From: Camelus ferus
Taxonomy: Eukaryota
Assembly (NCBI RefSeq): GCF_009834535.1
Contig: NC_045697.1
Location: 103,604,001-103,668,000 of the forward strand
Direction of reading: 5' to 3'
Length of the DNA stretch: 64,000 nucleotides
Shown here in pieces: positions 25,941 through 39,851 of this stretch. The position numbers were made by a program, and so were the translations under genes. Under the pieces are notes generated by a model, which was not told where the DNA came from, did no database searches, and worked only from the letters and a program-made list of their open reading frames with translations. How positions within the stretch are numbered: position 1 is the first letter of the stretch; every line of letters begins with the position of its first letter.

Positions 25941-28921
25941 GAAGAATGGGACATGAGGGTCAGGCTAGGGATCCCCCAAAGAGGGTTTTTTTTAAATTGA
26001 ATTATACTCAGTTTACAATGTCTGTGCTCCTAAGAGGTATTAATGTCTTTAATTTGATACTTCCGTGGAACCTGGGGACTTCCTAAATTTTTATTACAAA
26101 GTCTGGAGATGCTAGTGATGAATTTCAGACACCAACTCAGAATCAAGAGTTCAAAACAAAATCATCTGTAAACCTCTGAGGAACCTAAGTGTATCACGTT
26201 GTTTGAGAACTGGCATTTCTCTCTTTCCTCCTGTGGATCAGAAAATACTATGAAACAAGACACTCCCCCACCTGTCTCCAGCATGGTGGTAAAACCTACT
26301 GGGTCTTTAATTTCAGAGGCATCTTTAAAAATCTGTCAGATGGTAGAGGTCCCCAAACTGCCTGTCCTTACAGAACTGCAGGAGCAAATTGCAGGACAGA
26401 AAATACGCTTACAGCTATGCCCCAAGCACGGCCTTCTATTTTCTGTCTTTACTCTGGACTCCTGTTTTCCCCTTACTAGTTTACTGTCAAAAAGCACTGC
26501 AGCTCTTAGTCTATAAGAACGGAGTGTAGACAGTGATGGCCCATGAAAGGTAAGGGCTGGCTCAACAAGGCACACTTTAAATAGAATATAACCTTTCATT
26601 AATAAAGAAAATATAAGGAATGAGAGCCAGTTAATGACTAGGCCACAAGGAATATATGCTTATGGCCACAATGAGAGATACTGACTATTTTAAAACTGTC
26701 TTATAATGAACAATGTAATCAGAAGTAATTTTTTTTCCTTAAACAATCAATAAAATAATTCAAACCTATGTTGAGAGGGCACAATTATAATACTTTGGCT
26801 CAGTCTAGTACACTTTGGTCTTCAAAGTGCTTTCATATCATGTTTTTCAATGCAGTTCTGGATGTTAGGAGACCTGGAATCTACCCTCTATTAGTTATAT
26901 GATGTGGAATAAATTTAAGAATTTTTTCTATGCTTTCATTTCTTGGTTATAATTACTGACTTACTAATACTCGAGATTGTTTAGGTAACACGATTTAGTG
27001 AATTCAAGGGTTTAAAAAAGTGCTTCCCAATCGTAGGGCAGTTTTATTAAGATAATAGGCTTTGTGTGCCAAATAGAATCACAAAGAAGCTTTTACAGGG
27101 AAAAGAAAAACAGAAATGCAAACTTTTGTATTTCAATTCCATTTCCCCTTGAGAAAACGACCCAGATGTTGTCAAGCGATCGTTTCAGCCCAAGCTGCAG
27201 GTAATCCTTTAGCTCTCTTGAAAAGCTTCTAAATAAAATGGAAAACAAAATCCTTTTCATATTTTGTTTCTCCCATGAAACTCTTCAGAGAGGATGAAGA
27301 TATTTTTGAACCTCTTCAGGAAAACATAACAGCCTTATCTCCTTTCTTGTAATGTAACATTATTTACATAGCTGTTCCTTTCCAGAACTCTTTTCCTTTT
27401 CGCACAGAGCAGGGGAACTTAATGGTAACATCAATCACTTGGCACCAGGCTCACAGAAGCCTAAAACTGGAAGGAATCTCAGCGACCCGACTTGTTCATC
27501 TTCTCATTTTACAGATTTGGAAATTGAGGCTGATGGCAATTAAGTGTTTGTTCCAGCTTTTGGTGAGAGAACTGGAACTTGAATCCAGACTAGAATCATT
27601 GGTGATAATCAGGTTGGCGATCTGTTCCACTCTTTCCAGAATCCCACGTCTACCAAAAAGCTATGTTCTTCTTGCTTAATGCACAGTTTCTCGTCAACGC
27701 TCAGCTGTGTAAATGCGACCGCAGACTCATAATGAAGTTCAACATGCAGCACAGCTGCCGTGACTGGTCTCTGTGTACAAATGTCTACAAATGGTACGGC
27801 CCATAGTGGACTTTTAATAAACGTTGCTCATGACATGCTATTTAAAATTTAAACAGCATTCTTTCAATTCGGAAAAGCCTTTGGAAATAAGCAACATCTG
27901 GGAACCTCACAATTGATTGCCAGCTGTCAGCTGACACACTCGAAGAGTGTACGCTTTCAATCTCGCCATTTGAAAACATGAAAAACTACTATAAACATAC
28001 ACTTTAAGGATCTCAAACATCCTTAAACATTTCTCTTTCTAGGAATACGAGAAAGCTTTCTATGCATGTTAGAACTCTGGATAAGCAAAGTGACTCGAAT
28101 ACTCAAGAGAAAAAGATTTTTAAAAAGTGAAATACTAATAATTCGAACCTTGGATTATGACCCAAGGCTGGAATTTTTTTCACGATGAGCCCGACTGGGC
28201 ATGCACTGAACCATCAGTAACGAGGTGCAAGCTGTTCTATCTCTGTAAAATACCTTCTCATTATTATACGAATATCACCATCCAACTAGAGAATAATCTG
28301 GGAGAGTTCATGGCTTTTAGGGCAACCCACAGCAAGTGATGCTGTCTGGACAAGATATAATTACCTCTGACCCTGAGTCGCAACTCTAGGCGAGCAGCAC
28401 ACAAGCCCTGTAGTTTTGTTTCAGACGAGGCCCAGTGATAGCTCTGCACTTCCTCCAGGCCTCCTCCTCCTTCCTGAACGAACTCCAGGGAGTGGAATCA
28501 TGTCAGGCTTTCCAGATGGATTATGTGAAGCCATAGCTCAATGTCATTTTCAATAGGAAGCCTCATAATTAAAGGTCAAATAGTCACTTCATCTGCAATC
28601 AATCAATAGAAAAAGTACTAATACGAAGAACTAATCAATCAATGGCAAATGCCCTAATAAAAGCCATGAATCAAATTCAGCATGTGTGTAGATGCAAGCG
28701 CACCGAAGAGACTGAGACAGGGCGAAAGCAAGAACAATAAAATAAACCGCAAGTGTACGGACAAGAGGGTATCCAGGAGGCGTCTCAGGCCAGAGTTTTC
28801 GTCTTTGGTTCATTAGTTACCTGGGTACTACTTTGCCAGCAATAATTTATTCTTAAATACAAATACTGGATGTAATAATATATATTATTTCATAAGGCAT
28901 TCTTACTGTATTCTATTTAAG

Positions 28922-28923
<2 letters not shown>

Positions 28924-28951
<28 letters not shown>
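28924..28951. repeat. (TG)n microsatellite
   Basis: About 14 units. Confidence 0.95.
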
Positions 28952-28956
<5 letters not shown>

Positions 28957-30522
28957 CACTAGAAGAAATATTTTGACAGTGATCACAAAAGGGACAGATA
29001 TAGTTTCTACATGTCAAATAGATATATTAAAATCTGCTGTGTATTTCATCTTGGTGTGAGAGGTAAGAGGAAGTATAACTCTGAGTGATATTCCCTGAAA
29101 TGTGCCCCCTGCTTTCTGAAATATGAATTCTTCACACTTAGTGGGATGTTCTGTCGCGGCCATGCAGCAGAGAAGTCCCATTAGGATAATCATCAGCCTG
29201 GAGCTCAGGTCACTGCCACACACATCCTCTGCACCAGAGATGTCAGGTCACCAGGAGAGGAAAACACGCATTGGACTTTGTGAAAACTGATACAGTAAGT
29301 GGACAGGGCTTAACAAGGCCATGCTAGCAATAAGATGCAAACACCCTTTGCTGTATGTAGAACTAAGGGTGTTCCTGGACGAGGGTGACCCATGCCACCT
29401 CACTGAGATAGGAAGCAGTGAGGACGTCATTTTTATAAATGTTAATTAGGAGACTGCAGGAAGGAAGCCGGTTCTGATCAAGGCATGACAGAATCGCCTC
29501 GCTGGAATAACATTCCCTGATCTAAGAGCTTAGGAAACTGAGGCCTGGGGCTGTCTTAGTGGAAGAGTCAGGATGAGCAGTTCGCTCTTCCAGTTCCAGG
29601 AGAGGCCAGATCTACCATGTTACAGAAATATGGAAGGATTTACACTAACCTGGTTACTTAGATACCACACATCAGTATCTCACTGGAGGATCTGAGTATC
29701 TGTTTCATGGGAGAACGCTGCAGAAACAAAGTGCAAACGCAGACAAAAGTCCGAGTTAACCCAATCCTTTTTAGCAAAACAGCTACTTTTTGATTGGTGT
29801 TCAGAGCACCCATCTGTTTGCCTGAAAATTAGGAAGAATCGAGAACAGAAGCATATGGCTTTGAGACTAAGAAAAATGCAAAGAAAAAAAAGACCAAACG
29901 GGGAGGTATTCTGCTTATAGAAAAGAACAGAATACTGATCACATTGCAGTAAACTTCTTGGGTTGAGCTCTTTGTTCGAAACCGCCAGCTCAGCAGAGAA
30001 AAACATAATGGAGAAACAAACAAACAGAACTTATTTTGGTTTTCCTGACAAAAGCACGTTCTAGGGGCAGAGCGGGTTTGAAAGGCAGAAAGGCAAAAGC
30101 GTATTTGGTGTAGCCAGGGCACAGCACCTGCTCTAAGGACACAGGTGCATTTGATCCCCGACTCCCGACCTCTCAGGAGTCTGGCAGCGCCTGGCTCTGG
30201 ACTCCCTGCCTTTGTAACAGCCCCTTACTGTTCAGGAGACCTGAAGCAGCAGGCATCATGTCTCAACAACCATATGGGGAAAAATGTACGAGATGATTTG
30301 AGGTCAATTATTAAACCACGACTGTGACATGAACATCTACAAGATGTTCCAGGGTCAAGGGACTGGAACCTTGGAAATGGTAACACGGTCATAACTAATA
30401 CAGTTAATAACTAATAACAACAGCCATTGCTCTAAGTGTGCCCGCCACGTGCCAGGGAGCACATCAAGCTCTCTGGGTGGGCTACCTCGTTTCACCCCCA
30501 GCAATCCATACACAGTGCAGTT

Positions 30523-30621
30523 GGGGTGGGAGTATAGCCCAGTGGTAGAGCACGTGCTTAGCGAGCATGAGGTCCTGGGTTTAACCCCCAGTGCCTCCAC
30601 TCAAAAAAAAAAAAAAAAAAC
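30523..30621 (+). mobile_element. tRNA-derived SINE (Vic-1-like), short form, inserted in a MIR-like region
   Basis: SINE body plus a pure poly(A) tail. TSD acacagtgca(g/a)ttg at 30510-30523 and 30623-30636. Confidence 0.9.
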
Positions 30622-31938
30622 CACACAGTGCAATTGCTGCATGTAGCCTGTCACGTACGGACTTGTATTATGTACAAGTACTGTGCTAGGTACTTGACAA
30701 ATTTTATCTTTAATTTTTACAACAGCTTACCAAGTATTCTCCACCCCATTTTACAGATGAGAAAGCATGAGAAAGCCAAGGTTCAGGGAGGTTAAGTGAC
30801 TTGCCCGGGGTCACGACATCAGGATTGCAATGTGGCTTCCAAAGCTCTTTCAACTTCCATTGGAGGTGATCACGAAGAAAACCTAACAGACGTACTGCGA
30901 CGGATGAACGGTACGTGCGTAATTTACTCAAGTAAGTGGAAGCCCTCCATAGCAAGTGCTCCCTGAAGAATTTGTCCAATTTCTAAATCATTTCCTCAAC
31001 CCTGCAAGACTGACGACAGATTCTATCAGACAGATATGCTTGGGGTTAGTAAAACCATTATGACGTGTCTTCGTTTTCCAGTTTACAGACTGAACTTTGA
31101 CATGAGCAGACTCAGAGAACGTCATGATCTTTTATTCTCTAAAGTTAGTCACTCACCAAAATGTAAAGGCGTTTTTAATATTAGTTTTACCACCGTGTAC
31201 CTGCTACCCCAAGGAGCCTGTGAATGATGAATGATGTATATTTCAATAAAGCTTCTGATTACTTAATGACTTTTAATGACTAAAAACATGGATTCCAGAT
31301 AGGTCTGGATAGGTTATTGAGATCATGCCACTAAACTGGATAAAGCTAAGTAGAAAATAGCACTTTTTTGGATCTATTTTTGTCCATTAAATACATACTC
31401 ACTTCACTTTAGGGGCTAATCAGATTGAGTTAATGATAACTATACTGCTTCTTTAGAGAAATAACATTCTGACATGAACTTCAAACTAATGTCAATATCA
31501 AATTAGAGTAATCACATTATTCCCACCTTGCTCCAAGCTTCCAGAAGATAAGTTAACATTTTCCAGAGGTAACTCTGGAGCCTTCTAAAGCCAAGCTTTT
31601 GCTCATTGCACTCCCCTAACCCCCAACCACACCCTCCATTCTTCTGCCAGCTTTTAACATTAACATTCTACATTGAAGACATTTTATGAGAATCGAAAAC
31701 ATGATTACAAATAAAGCTAAATCCTATACTATTAAATTTAGGCCCTCAAAAATTGGTTCAATCAAATAACAGTATTTCAGAGCAATGACCCATTCATACT
31801 TTGCTATTGTTCTTTATGTAACACAGTGGACAATACCCCATTCCGTATAATCTGAACTGTTGTTTGAATTTCAAAATCATAGGATGTAATTCTCAGAGGG
31901 CAATATTAAGTTGGTTTTGAAATCTGCAAATCACTTAC

Positions 31939-32012
31939 CCAACGTGAGGGATTTGTGTGTGGAACAGAAAATGATAGCCACAGTGTCTGCTGGCGTGAAA
32001 CTCGAATTATTC
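31939..32012 (-). CDS. SLC10A7: SLC10A7 coding exon (human exon 10 equivalent), 74 nt, (R)[24 protein letters not shown](G)
   Basis: Acceptor tttcttccccctag|G, donor TTG G|gtaagt, phase 2/1. Contains the FCSTHKSL motif recalled for SLC10A7. Confidence 0.96.
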
Positions 32013-32531
32013 CTAGGGGGAAGAAAAAATGTTTTACAAATAGTTTTATAAAAAGCCTATTTAACATATCCTAAATCAAATGTAGCACCTACCTTCACGT
32101 TAACATCCCTCTAATCAATCCTGGTGACAGAAGTCATTCTGTACCAAAATGCACACAGATGCTTAAATTTTCATTTTAGACAATAATTTCTGAGTTGTTT
32201 ATCCATGAAAAGGAGATAGTTTTAAAAATGTGTTGTGGAGCTCTCCTAAGGTTACATATGTCATCAGCCTGTGGTGCAGAAGTTTATAAAAATCATGCAG
32301 CCAGGAACTCCGTGAGCTAAGCCACTAAGCTATCGCTTGATTTTAACCCAGCAGCTTGAAAGAGTTAATGTATCTCTAAAACTGCTTCCCTCAAGGAGCA
32401 ATGCATCCTTTGGGAAGCAAACACATGCCTTTGAGAACAACATGGTATGAATAAAGATTTAACATCATATGTTTTAGTAAAAATAAGAAATTACCAATTT
32501 TTAGCAGTTACCATATCTCAGGTATTCTTTT

Positions 32532-32963
32532 CATAGAAGTATAGTTGATTTACAATGTTGTGTTAATTTCTAGTGTACAGCATAGTGATTCAGTTATACA
32601 TTTACATATATATTTTTTCATATTTTTTCTTTATAGGCTATTACAAGATATTGAATATAGTTATCTGTGCTATAAAGTAGGACCTTATTTTTTAAATCTG
32701 TTTTACATATAGTAGTTAGTATCTACAAATACTGAACTCCCAATTCATCCTTCCCCTCCCCGTCCCTTTCCCCCTTGGTAACCATAAGTTGGTTTTCTAT
32801 GTCTGTGAGTCTGTTTCTGTTTTGTAAATAAGTTCGTTTGTGTCCTTTTTTTTTTTTTTTAGATTCCACATGTAAGTGATATTGTGTGATACTTGTCTTT
32901 CTCTGTCTGACTTACTTCACTTGGTATGATCATCTCTAGGCCCAACCAGGTTGCTGTAAATGG
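32532..32963 (-). mobile_element. 5'-truncated L1 3' end with a perfect 14-bp TSD
   Basis: Reverse-complement L1 3' UTR. tcaggtattctttt occurs at 32518-32531 and 32964-32977. Confidence 0.9.
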
Positions 32964-32977
32964 TCAGGTATTCTTTT

Positions 32978-33160
32978 AAGATCTTTGCATGTAAAGACAT
33001 AAGCTCCATCAGGTAGGCTATACAATATCCCTATTTACAGATGAGAAAACTGAGGCACACAGAAGTTATGTGACCTACTCAGGGCCCCATAACTAGTGAG
33101 TGACAGAGCCAGGATTTAAATCAAGTCTGGCTCCTGTGCTGATGCTCTTAACTGCTATGC
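32978..33160. mobile_element. MIR relic adjacent to the L1 insertion
   Basis: tttacagatgagaaaactgaggcacacagaagtta...agtgacagagccaggattt. Further MIR-like relics lie near 7100-7270, 24200-24390, 30670-30830, 37760-37970, 47960-48220, 53560-53740 and 62300-62440. Confidence 0.75.
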
Positions 33161-34892
33161 TTTATTGTTACATAATACGTTAAGCATAAAAAAAAATCTT
33201 GCTGAGTCAAAATCTTTTAAATGTTATGAGGGTCACTAGTGGTGAATATCATAGTGAGATTTCCTATTTTAGAGTATAAAGATTTAGAGAGCCAGGAACC
33301 GAAAAGGCTAGAAATGTAAATATTATTATTGTGTCTTTGATATGCTAGAAACTATTTCTCCCTGCAGAATCAGAGTTGGAAGGTATAGTGAGATTACATA
33401 TTCCCTGCCCTGAACTCAGACAAGAGTTAGCAAATGGAGAAGCATTCTAGAACCTGGGGCATGGATATGGTTGCAGATATAACCACCTAACCATTGTTAA
33501 GGATCTCTAAAGAAAGAGATCCCACCATTGCCCTTAGTAACCTCATCCTTATATGTGACTTCCACTGGGAGAAAAAGCTCCCCTAAATAGCTCCCACATC
33601 CTGGCTCTTGGCTGTATGCTCACTGGAGGGGAGAAGGACCCATTCCTCCTCCACTTCCTCCTCTGTGCATATGTTAAGAGAATATTTAAACTGCCCTTAC
33701 GTCTCCTCTCGTTTGATAAAAAATCACTGTAAGCTCATGCTTCCCAACCAGTCTTACCTGCAGCTTTTTTTTTTTTTAAATAACATTTTTCCAAAGTGAA
33801 TTTCTGCTGTCTCACCTCAGTTGAGAAAGAAGGAGGGAGGGAGGGAGAAAGAGAGAAACTGGATGTTTTGGTACTGCAGAGAAGGATGATCTCAAGCTTG
33901 GCATGATGCTGGAGCACCTGGAGGACCTTCTTGGAGGACATGACAACTGAGCTAGGCTTGAAGGAATGGGTTCAGACATGCACAGATGCGTGTTTCAGGG
34001 AGGGGGCAGGAACTGAAGAATGGGAGTGAGGGGCGGTCGGCAGAGAGCAGACCCTTTAGGCTGACTTGGTGTGCCGGGACATGTGCTTACGACCAGGAGT
34101 GTGGACTTGATAAGACAGCAGAAGGGATGCTGCCGCAGGACTTGGGACAGTAGAATGACACAGTCAGATCTGTCTGTAAGGAAGAGTGATCACCCCGCCC
34201 AGTCTAAGACTGAGGCTGATGAGCTGAGGCCAGGAACAGAAAGACTTAGGGTCTCAAGAACCCCAGTGAGGGCAGGGGCTGGTGGTAAGAGCCATGAAGA
34301 AGAATTAAAAGAACCTGTTAACTGGTAACTTCTATGAAATAGTCCCTCCCAACAGCTTAAGAGCACAGGCATGAGGGCAAACATACTTGGATTTAAATAC
34401 AGACCATCCTTCTGCTTATTTATAAAATGCATATAATACTGCCTGCTTCTGAGAGTTGGTGTGCGGAGAGAGGCCAGTGTTTGTTAAGAACTTGGCACAC
34501 TGCAAGTGTTTCATACAGCTAGTTTACAGTTTTTATTGTTCACGTTGCTTGGAGAGAAGAAGACAGATTAAAGAGAAATTGGAAACTTTGAGCATCTGGG
34601 ACCAAGAGGAGCATTAAAGCATTCATGGAAATAGGGAATGGACGAAGAGGCCCAGGAGTTGATGTTCAAGTGTACTGAATCTGCAGTAGTGAGGGGGCTG
34701 TGTTTTCAAGAAATCTGGTGAAGAGAAGAAAAGGGCCATGGAGCTGAACAGGACTATGACAGAGAGTACAGACAGAGCAGTGAGAAATTACAGATGAAAC
34801 CATGGCCTCAGAGGGGCTGAGAAGACATGGCTGAGGGGATTAGCCCAAGAGGAGAGTGTCCTGCAGTCTGTGCAAAAAAAAGACAAGCTGAT

Positions 34893-35020
34893 GGGGGAGG
34901 GCAGAACTCAGCGGCAGAGCACATGCCTTGCACGCACGAGGTCCTGGGTTCAATCCCCAGTGCCTCCTCTAAGATAAATAAATAAACCTCATTAACTCCA
35001 CGCCTATCCCCCCCAAAAGA
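34893..35020 (+). mobile_element. tRNA-derived SINE (Vic-1-like), long form
   Basis: gggggagggcagaactcagcggcagag...gggttcaatcccc...(taaa)n cctcatta. Confidence 0.88.
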
Positions 35021-35807
35021 AGATAAAGGTAAGTAAAAATTACAGACATTTTCCAGGTAGAGAATAAGAAAGTGGGGGTAATTTATGTCAGAGATTTTAC
35101 TTCCTTTATAAAGCATGAGGCACTTCACTGACCCACAGAGGATTTGAGGTAACACTGAGGCCTGAGAACCTGAGAAACGAGAAGAACCTGAAATACACAG
35201 ACTGGGGAATAGGATCCGTAGTCAGTGCACGATGAGTAAAGAAACTTCCCCGGGAAAGAAGGCCCGCCTGGGCTGGTGGGACACGGAGCGCACCCAACTG
35301 GCCTCCAGCTGGTTTGGGGCTGCTCTCCACACACTGCTTGTGGCGTCAGTAACACGACAGGACCTTTCAAGTCTTTGGCTGCCTGTGTTTGTCCCCGAGT
35401 ATTGCTGCATCTGGATTTTTGCGCTTTGGTTTTCTTCCAAGAGAGTCTGGCGATACAATTCTTGGGCGAGCTTTGTTCTGTGTGATATTTGTCCTTTTCC
35501 AGATTACAACACATCTCTAACGTGTCAAAATCTCTCTGGCCGAGAAGGCTCTGACTTAACCTGGCCCTGGCTGCCAGGCTGGAGCGGCACTTCCAGTGTG
35601 GCCAAAGAGGGTGCCTGCAAGGCATGCTTACTAGTCCCTTGCTCCTGGGCAAGGGGACTGCGGCAAGTAAGCCCACGCTGGGAGGTCTGCAGCCTGCTGT
35701 GGGTTGGAACACTGCCCTATAGTTCTGCGGACACAAAGTCCTTCAGTGGGGAGGGGGAACTGGGACATAATATTGAAATATTTAAGGTTAAAAAACAATA
35801 TTCCATC

Positions 35808-36019
35808 ATATTCTTTTTCCTTACAGGTTACTATTAGCCACTGAATACGGTTCCCTGTGCTATACCGTAGGACCTTGTTGTTTATCTATTCTGTACATAG
35901 TAGTTTGTATCTGCTAATCCCAAACTCCCAATTTATCCCTCCTTCCCCCTTTCCCCCGGTAACCATAAGTTTTGTTTTCATTATAGCCACTTGTAATGAA
36001 AAGAATATGAGAAAGAAAA

Positions 36020-36053
<34 letters not shown>

Positions 36054-36223
36054 CATATACATATATATGTGAATCACTATGCTGTACACTAGAAACTAAT
36101 GTAACATTGTAAATCAACTATATTTCAGTAAAAAAAATGGGAAAAAAGTGTAAAATTGTAAAAGAGAAAATAAAAAAATAAAGTGCTACTTTTTGTGCTT
36201 AAAAAAAAACCAAAACCAAAAAC
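35808..36223. mobile_element. L1 3' end with an inverted 5' segment and an extra 3' segment
   Basis: About 35808-35979 is minus-sense L1 3' UTR and about 35980-36137 is plus-sense L1 terminus. TSD aaaacaatatt(c/t)catc at 35792-35807 and 36224-36239. Confidence 0.85.
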
Positions 36224-38988
36224 AAAACAATATTTCATCTAGGTAGGGCTGCCTTAAACTCTATCTATATGGTAACAGACCGTTGTTCCACATCACGGAT
36301 CTTGGAGAAAGCCGGTTGTGCTCACTTAACCCTCCGCCCGAATGAGGAGGAGGCTGATGATGGCGGGGTGATGATGGTGAGTGAGCACAGCAGCAAACAT
36401 TTACTGAGCACTCTTCTAAGCACTGTGCATCCAGTATTTCTTTCGTCACCGAGTGGTCAAATACAATAACATTTTGTCTTGTGTTTTCCCAAAAGGGATC
36501 TTGACGCCCAGTTGCCTAAAGTAGGTTGCCCCAAATATTGAAGACACGTTTGCCATCTGAGCAAAACATTGTCAAAACCAGAAAGCCGAAACCACCACGC
36601 AACTCAGTGTCCGAGAGCAGCTCTCCTAGTAAGTGGCCCTCCCTCACCCACCCAGCGGCAGGAAATCAGGACAACACACAGAACGAAGCCGCCCGTCCAT
36701 TCTATTAAGCAGTAATAACTAGAATTACTTTCAGTGATTAGCATCTCTATTGTATCTGTTCACACTCTTGAAAGGCATCCCATTACTATTTATTTTCTAA
36801 CTCTACCTTATCTCTTTTTAATATTGATTTTCTTTTTATCTTGTTTTTATAATCCTTTTGATTACTCTGGCTTCCCTCGAGATGTTTATTTCCTTTTCTT
36901 CACAACTGGTCTCTTTAGTCTCTCACAAAGCTTTCAATCAGTGTTTCCCACATAATATTTATTTTGCCTTCCTTTGCAGTACCCACAAAGGAAAACGTGT
37001 CAGAAGGCTTTACGAGGAGAATTACAGAATGTGGAGCAGAGGAGGTCCTCTGAGGTGGTTCCGCCTAAGCCCACTGTTTTCACAGGGGGAAACTTCCAAG
37101 TGAAAGACTCTCCTTTGTGAACCTCTGTACCTGTTTTGTCTTTACCCGTTTTGAGAGTCCTTGTCTGTCATTAGCCGTGTGGCACTAGACAAGTTACCGA
37201 AAGCTCTGGCGGGCCGCCCCCTCTCTGAGATGTAAGGACACTTCCCACTAACAGCAATGGTCGTCCACCCCCCTTTTCTCCCTCCCTCACCCTTCAGGCC
37301 ACCGTCCTTCCCTCCCAGGGCTGTGGCGAGAGGCTCAATGAGACATCTGACTGCAAATGTCCTGATAAGGACTGAAGCACCTAATACAAATATCTGAATA
37401 CCTGTTTTCTTCCTTTTCCTTTCTTCACGGTTTCTTTTGTCACCCTAGGGACACTCTCGTTTCCATTACTCTAGTCATTCACCCACCAAACTGTCTCACA
37501 TATATTTTTAAAATTATTGCTTTCTTTTTCTAAACTTTTTCAACATTTTTCTTTTAACGTTGAAGCTTCTGAAAGTTGCAGAAAGCTTCGGTCACTATGG
37601 GCAACAGACTCTTGGTTTGAAGAATCAACTCCCAGTTCCTAGCAACTGAGACAGACAGCGTCAAGTAGAATGTATTACAAAACTAGAAATGCTAATTCTC
37701 TCTCGTCCATAATTAGTTTTTGAAATAATATAAACTATGTTGCTATAATAAATATTTTACAGCGGCTAACATTTCTTGAGCACTTACTATACATTAGGTA
37801 TTATGCTCAGGGCTTTAGGTGTGTATTATTTAATTCTCCAGATGACCTGAAGAGATAGTAGGAGGTACCTATCTCCACTTTCAAATGAGGCAAGTGACAA
37901 AAGTTACAGCATAGTGAAACAGGATTCAGCCTCGAGTCCCTCTGACTCCAGGGTTGGCATTTTTAACCCTGACATTATTCTGCAGAAAGATAAATGAGAA
38001 CACAGAATAATAACTCTCAAATATATTTTAAATATGCAGAGCAGAAGAGGCTCACAGGCCAGACAATACCACGGTCACATGCCAGGTCTATAAACCTGAG
38101 AATGCTAACCACAGAAGCAGAGTGTTGCAGGGAAGTTGAATTTTCTAGGCTGGGTCTCTCCTGGTTTATGCTAAACCTCCACCATCAGAGGTCACTGGCA
38201 TCCTGCACAAAAAAAGACAGGCCGATTTCCATGATGAGATTTTTGTCTCCTGATATCTGGATTGGTTTTAGCTTTATTAACCGGTAAGTAAAAGAAAAAA
38301 AAAATGCACCACAGGCCAATTTCACTAATTCTAAGAAGGAAGGAATAAAAAGGAGGAAAAGAAAAGGACGCTCAATGGGCTCTCTTGGTATCTTTGACTA
38401 ATCTGTTTGTATGTGTGTATGAACTTGAAGAATCCAGTTAAATACTCTCTACAAATTCCCCAACCAAAACAAGTATGATGAATTTAAAAAGTAAACGAAA
38501 TAGTTTAGTGCAGTGGAAAAAAGCATGGGTAAATGCTTCTGGAAATGTCAAATGGAAATGAATTTCAATTCTAAGCGCACTATTTGCCATCTGATTTGGG
38601 GTGAGCTCTAAACTACTAAAATCTGATTTTAGGCAAGCCCCTGAACTACTCTGAGTGTGGGTCGTCATCTGCAAAATAGCAACAAAAATGCATAGTACCG
38701 TAGTCTTTCACGGTCAGAATGACACAGTCCCTAGCACAGTGCCTGCGTGCTGCTGTTTTTCATTCCTCCAGTAAAATCCTCAGGTGCTATGAGGTCTTCC
38801 AGCATGAAAGCAGAATGTGAAAATCAGCTTGTAAATTTTGTCCAATTGAAACATCCTCCAAATTTAATGGAGTGTTAGCCATTAACCATTAGCCAGAAAC
38901 ACGATTAGAGCTACTCTGTATTCCGTTGTTCACCAAAGAACATACATGTCTGACAGGGGGCCAAGCAAATTCAACACACCCCAGAACT

Positions 38989-39125
38989 GGGGGGAGGGCT
39001 CAGTGGTAGGGTGCATGCCTAGCATGCATGAGGTCCTGGGTTCCATCCCCAGTACCACAATTAAACAAACAAACAAACAAACCTAATGACCCCCCTGAAA
39101 AAAACAAAAAAAAAACCCCCAAACC
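38989..39125 (+). mobile_element. tRNA-derived SINE (Vic-1-like), long form with a small 5' deletion
   Basis: ggggagggctcagtgg (lacks the tata found in other copies), gggttccatcccc, (caaa)n cctaatgacccc, A tail. Confidence 0.85.
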
Positions 39126-39848
39126 CCAAAAACCTACAACAGAACCTCACTGAAGGCAGAACAAGGCTGAATAGAAGGGCCTCAAAACCTCAAGGCCTTG
39201 TGACAGCCCAGCCGACCCCATGCTGAAATGCTTAGCTAGTTGCCATACTCCCCACCCCTACCCCTCCTTCAGTGATCCCAAGAGTGGCTATTCGGTGCTT
39301 TTCAAGGAATTCTGCAGCCACTGACAGGAGATCTGTATCCTTCCTGGATAAGATGAGGGGGTCTGATGATTACTTCCACCACAAGGACCGACAAACAAAC
39401 AACCAGTGAAAGGCCAACGTCTTTTCAAAGGTGCCGTAACAAGCCACTTACAAAAAGGACTTTAAAATAGCTCCTGCTCTCAGATTTCCCCACTTAAGTC
39501 ACAGTTTCCCTGTGACTTAATGGCTCTAGGCTTTACTCTTACTTCATAAATCACAACCACAAGCTTGGGAAAAATGCTTCAAATTACACCAATCAATAAA
39601 TTTTTATTGACTGTTTACAACCAGCCACGTGCTACACCGAGTGCTCTAAGAGCCAAGCGCCTGATGTGAGGCCTGAACCGTCCACGCTCTGACACCACTG
39701 TGGGCGCCATAAACAACCCAGGCCCTTTCCCTTGGGTAGCGCATTGCCATCCCCTGGCATTCAAGGGCCTGGCGATCTGGTCCAAGCTTACCTTTCCAGT
39801 TACCACTATTATTTTTAATCTCCCTCTACGCCTATTGTTCTATCAAGT

Positions 39849-39851
<3 letters not shown>

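Noticed and set aside
35125..35837. Overlapping 201-aa and 203-aa ORFs on opposite strands
   Set aside because: No recognisable homology or splice structure, and one runs into an L1 fragment.
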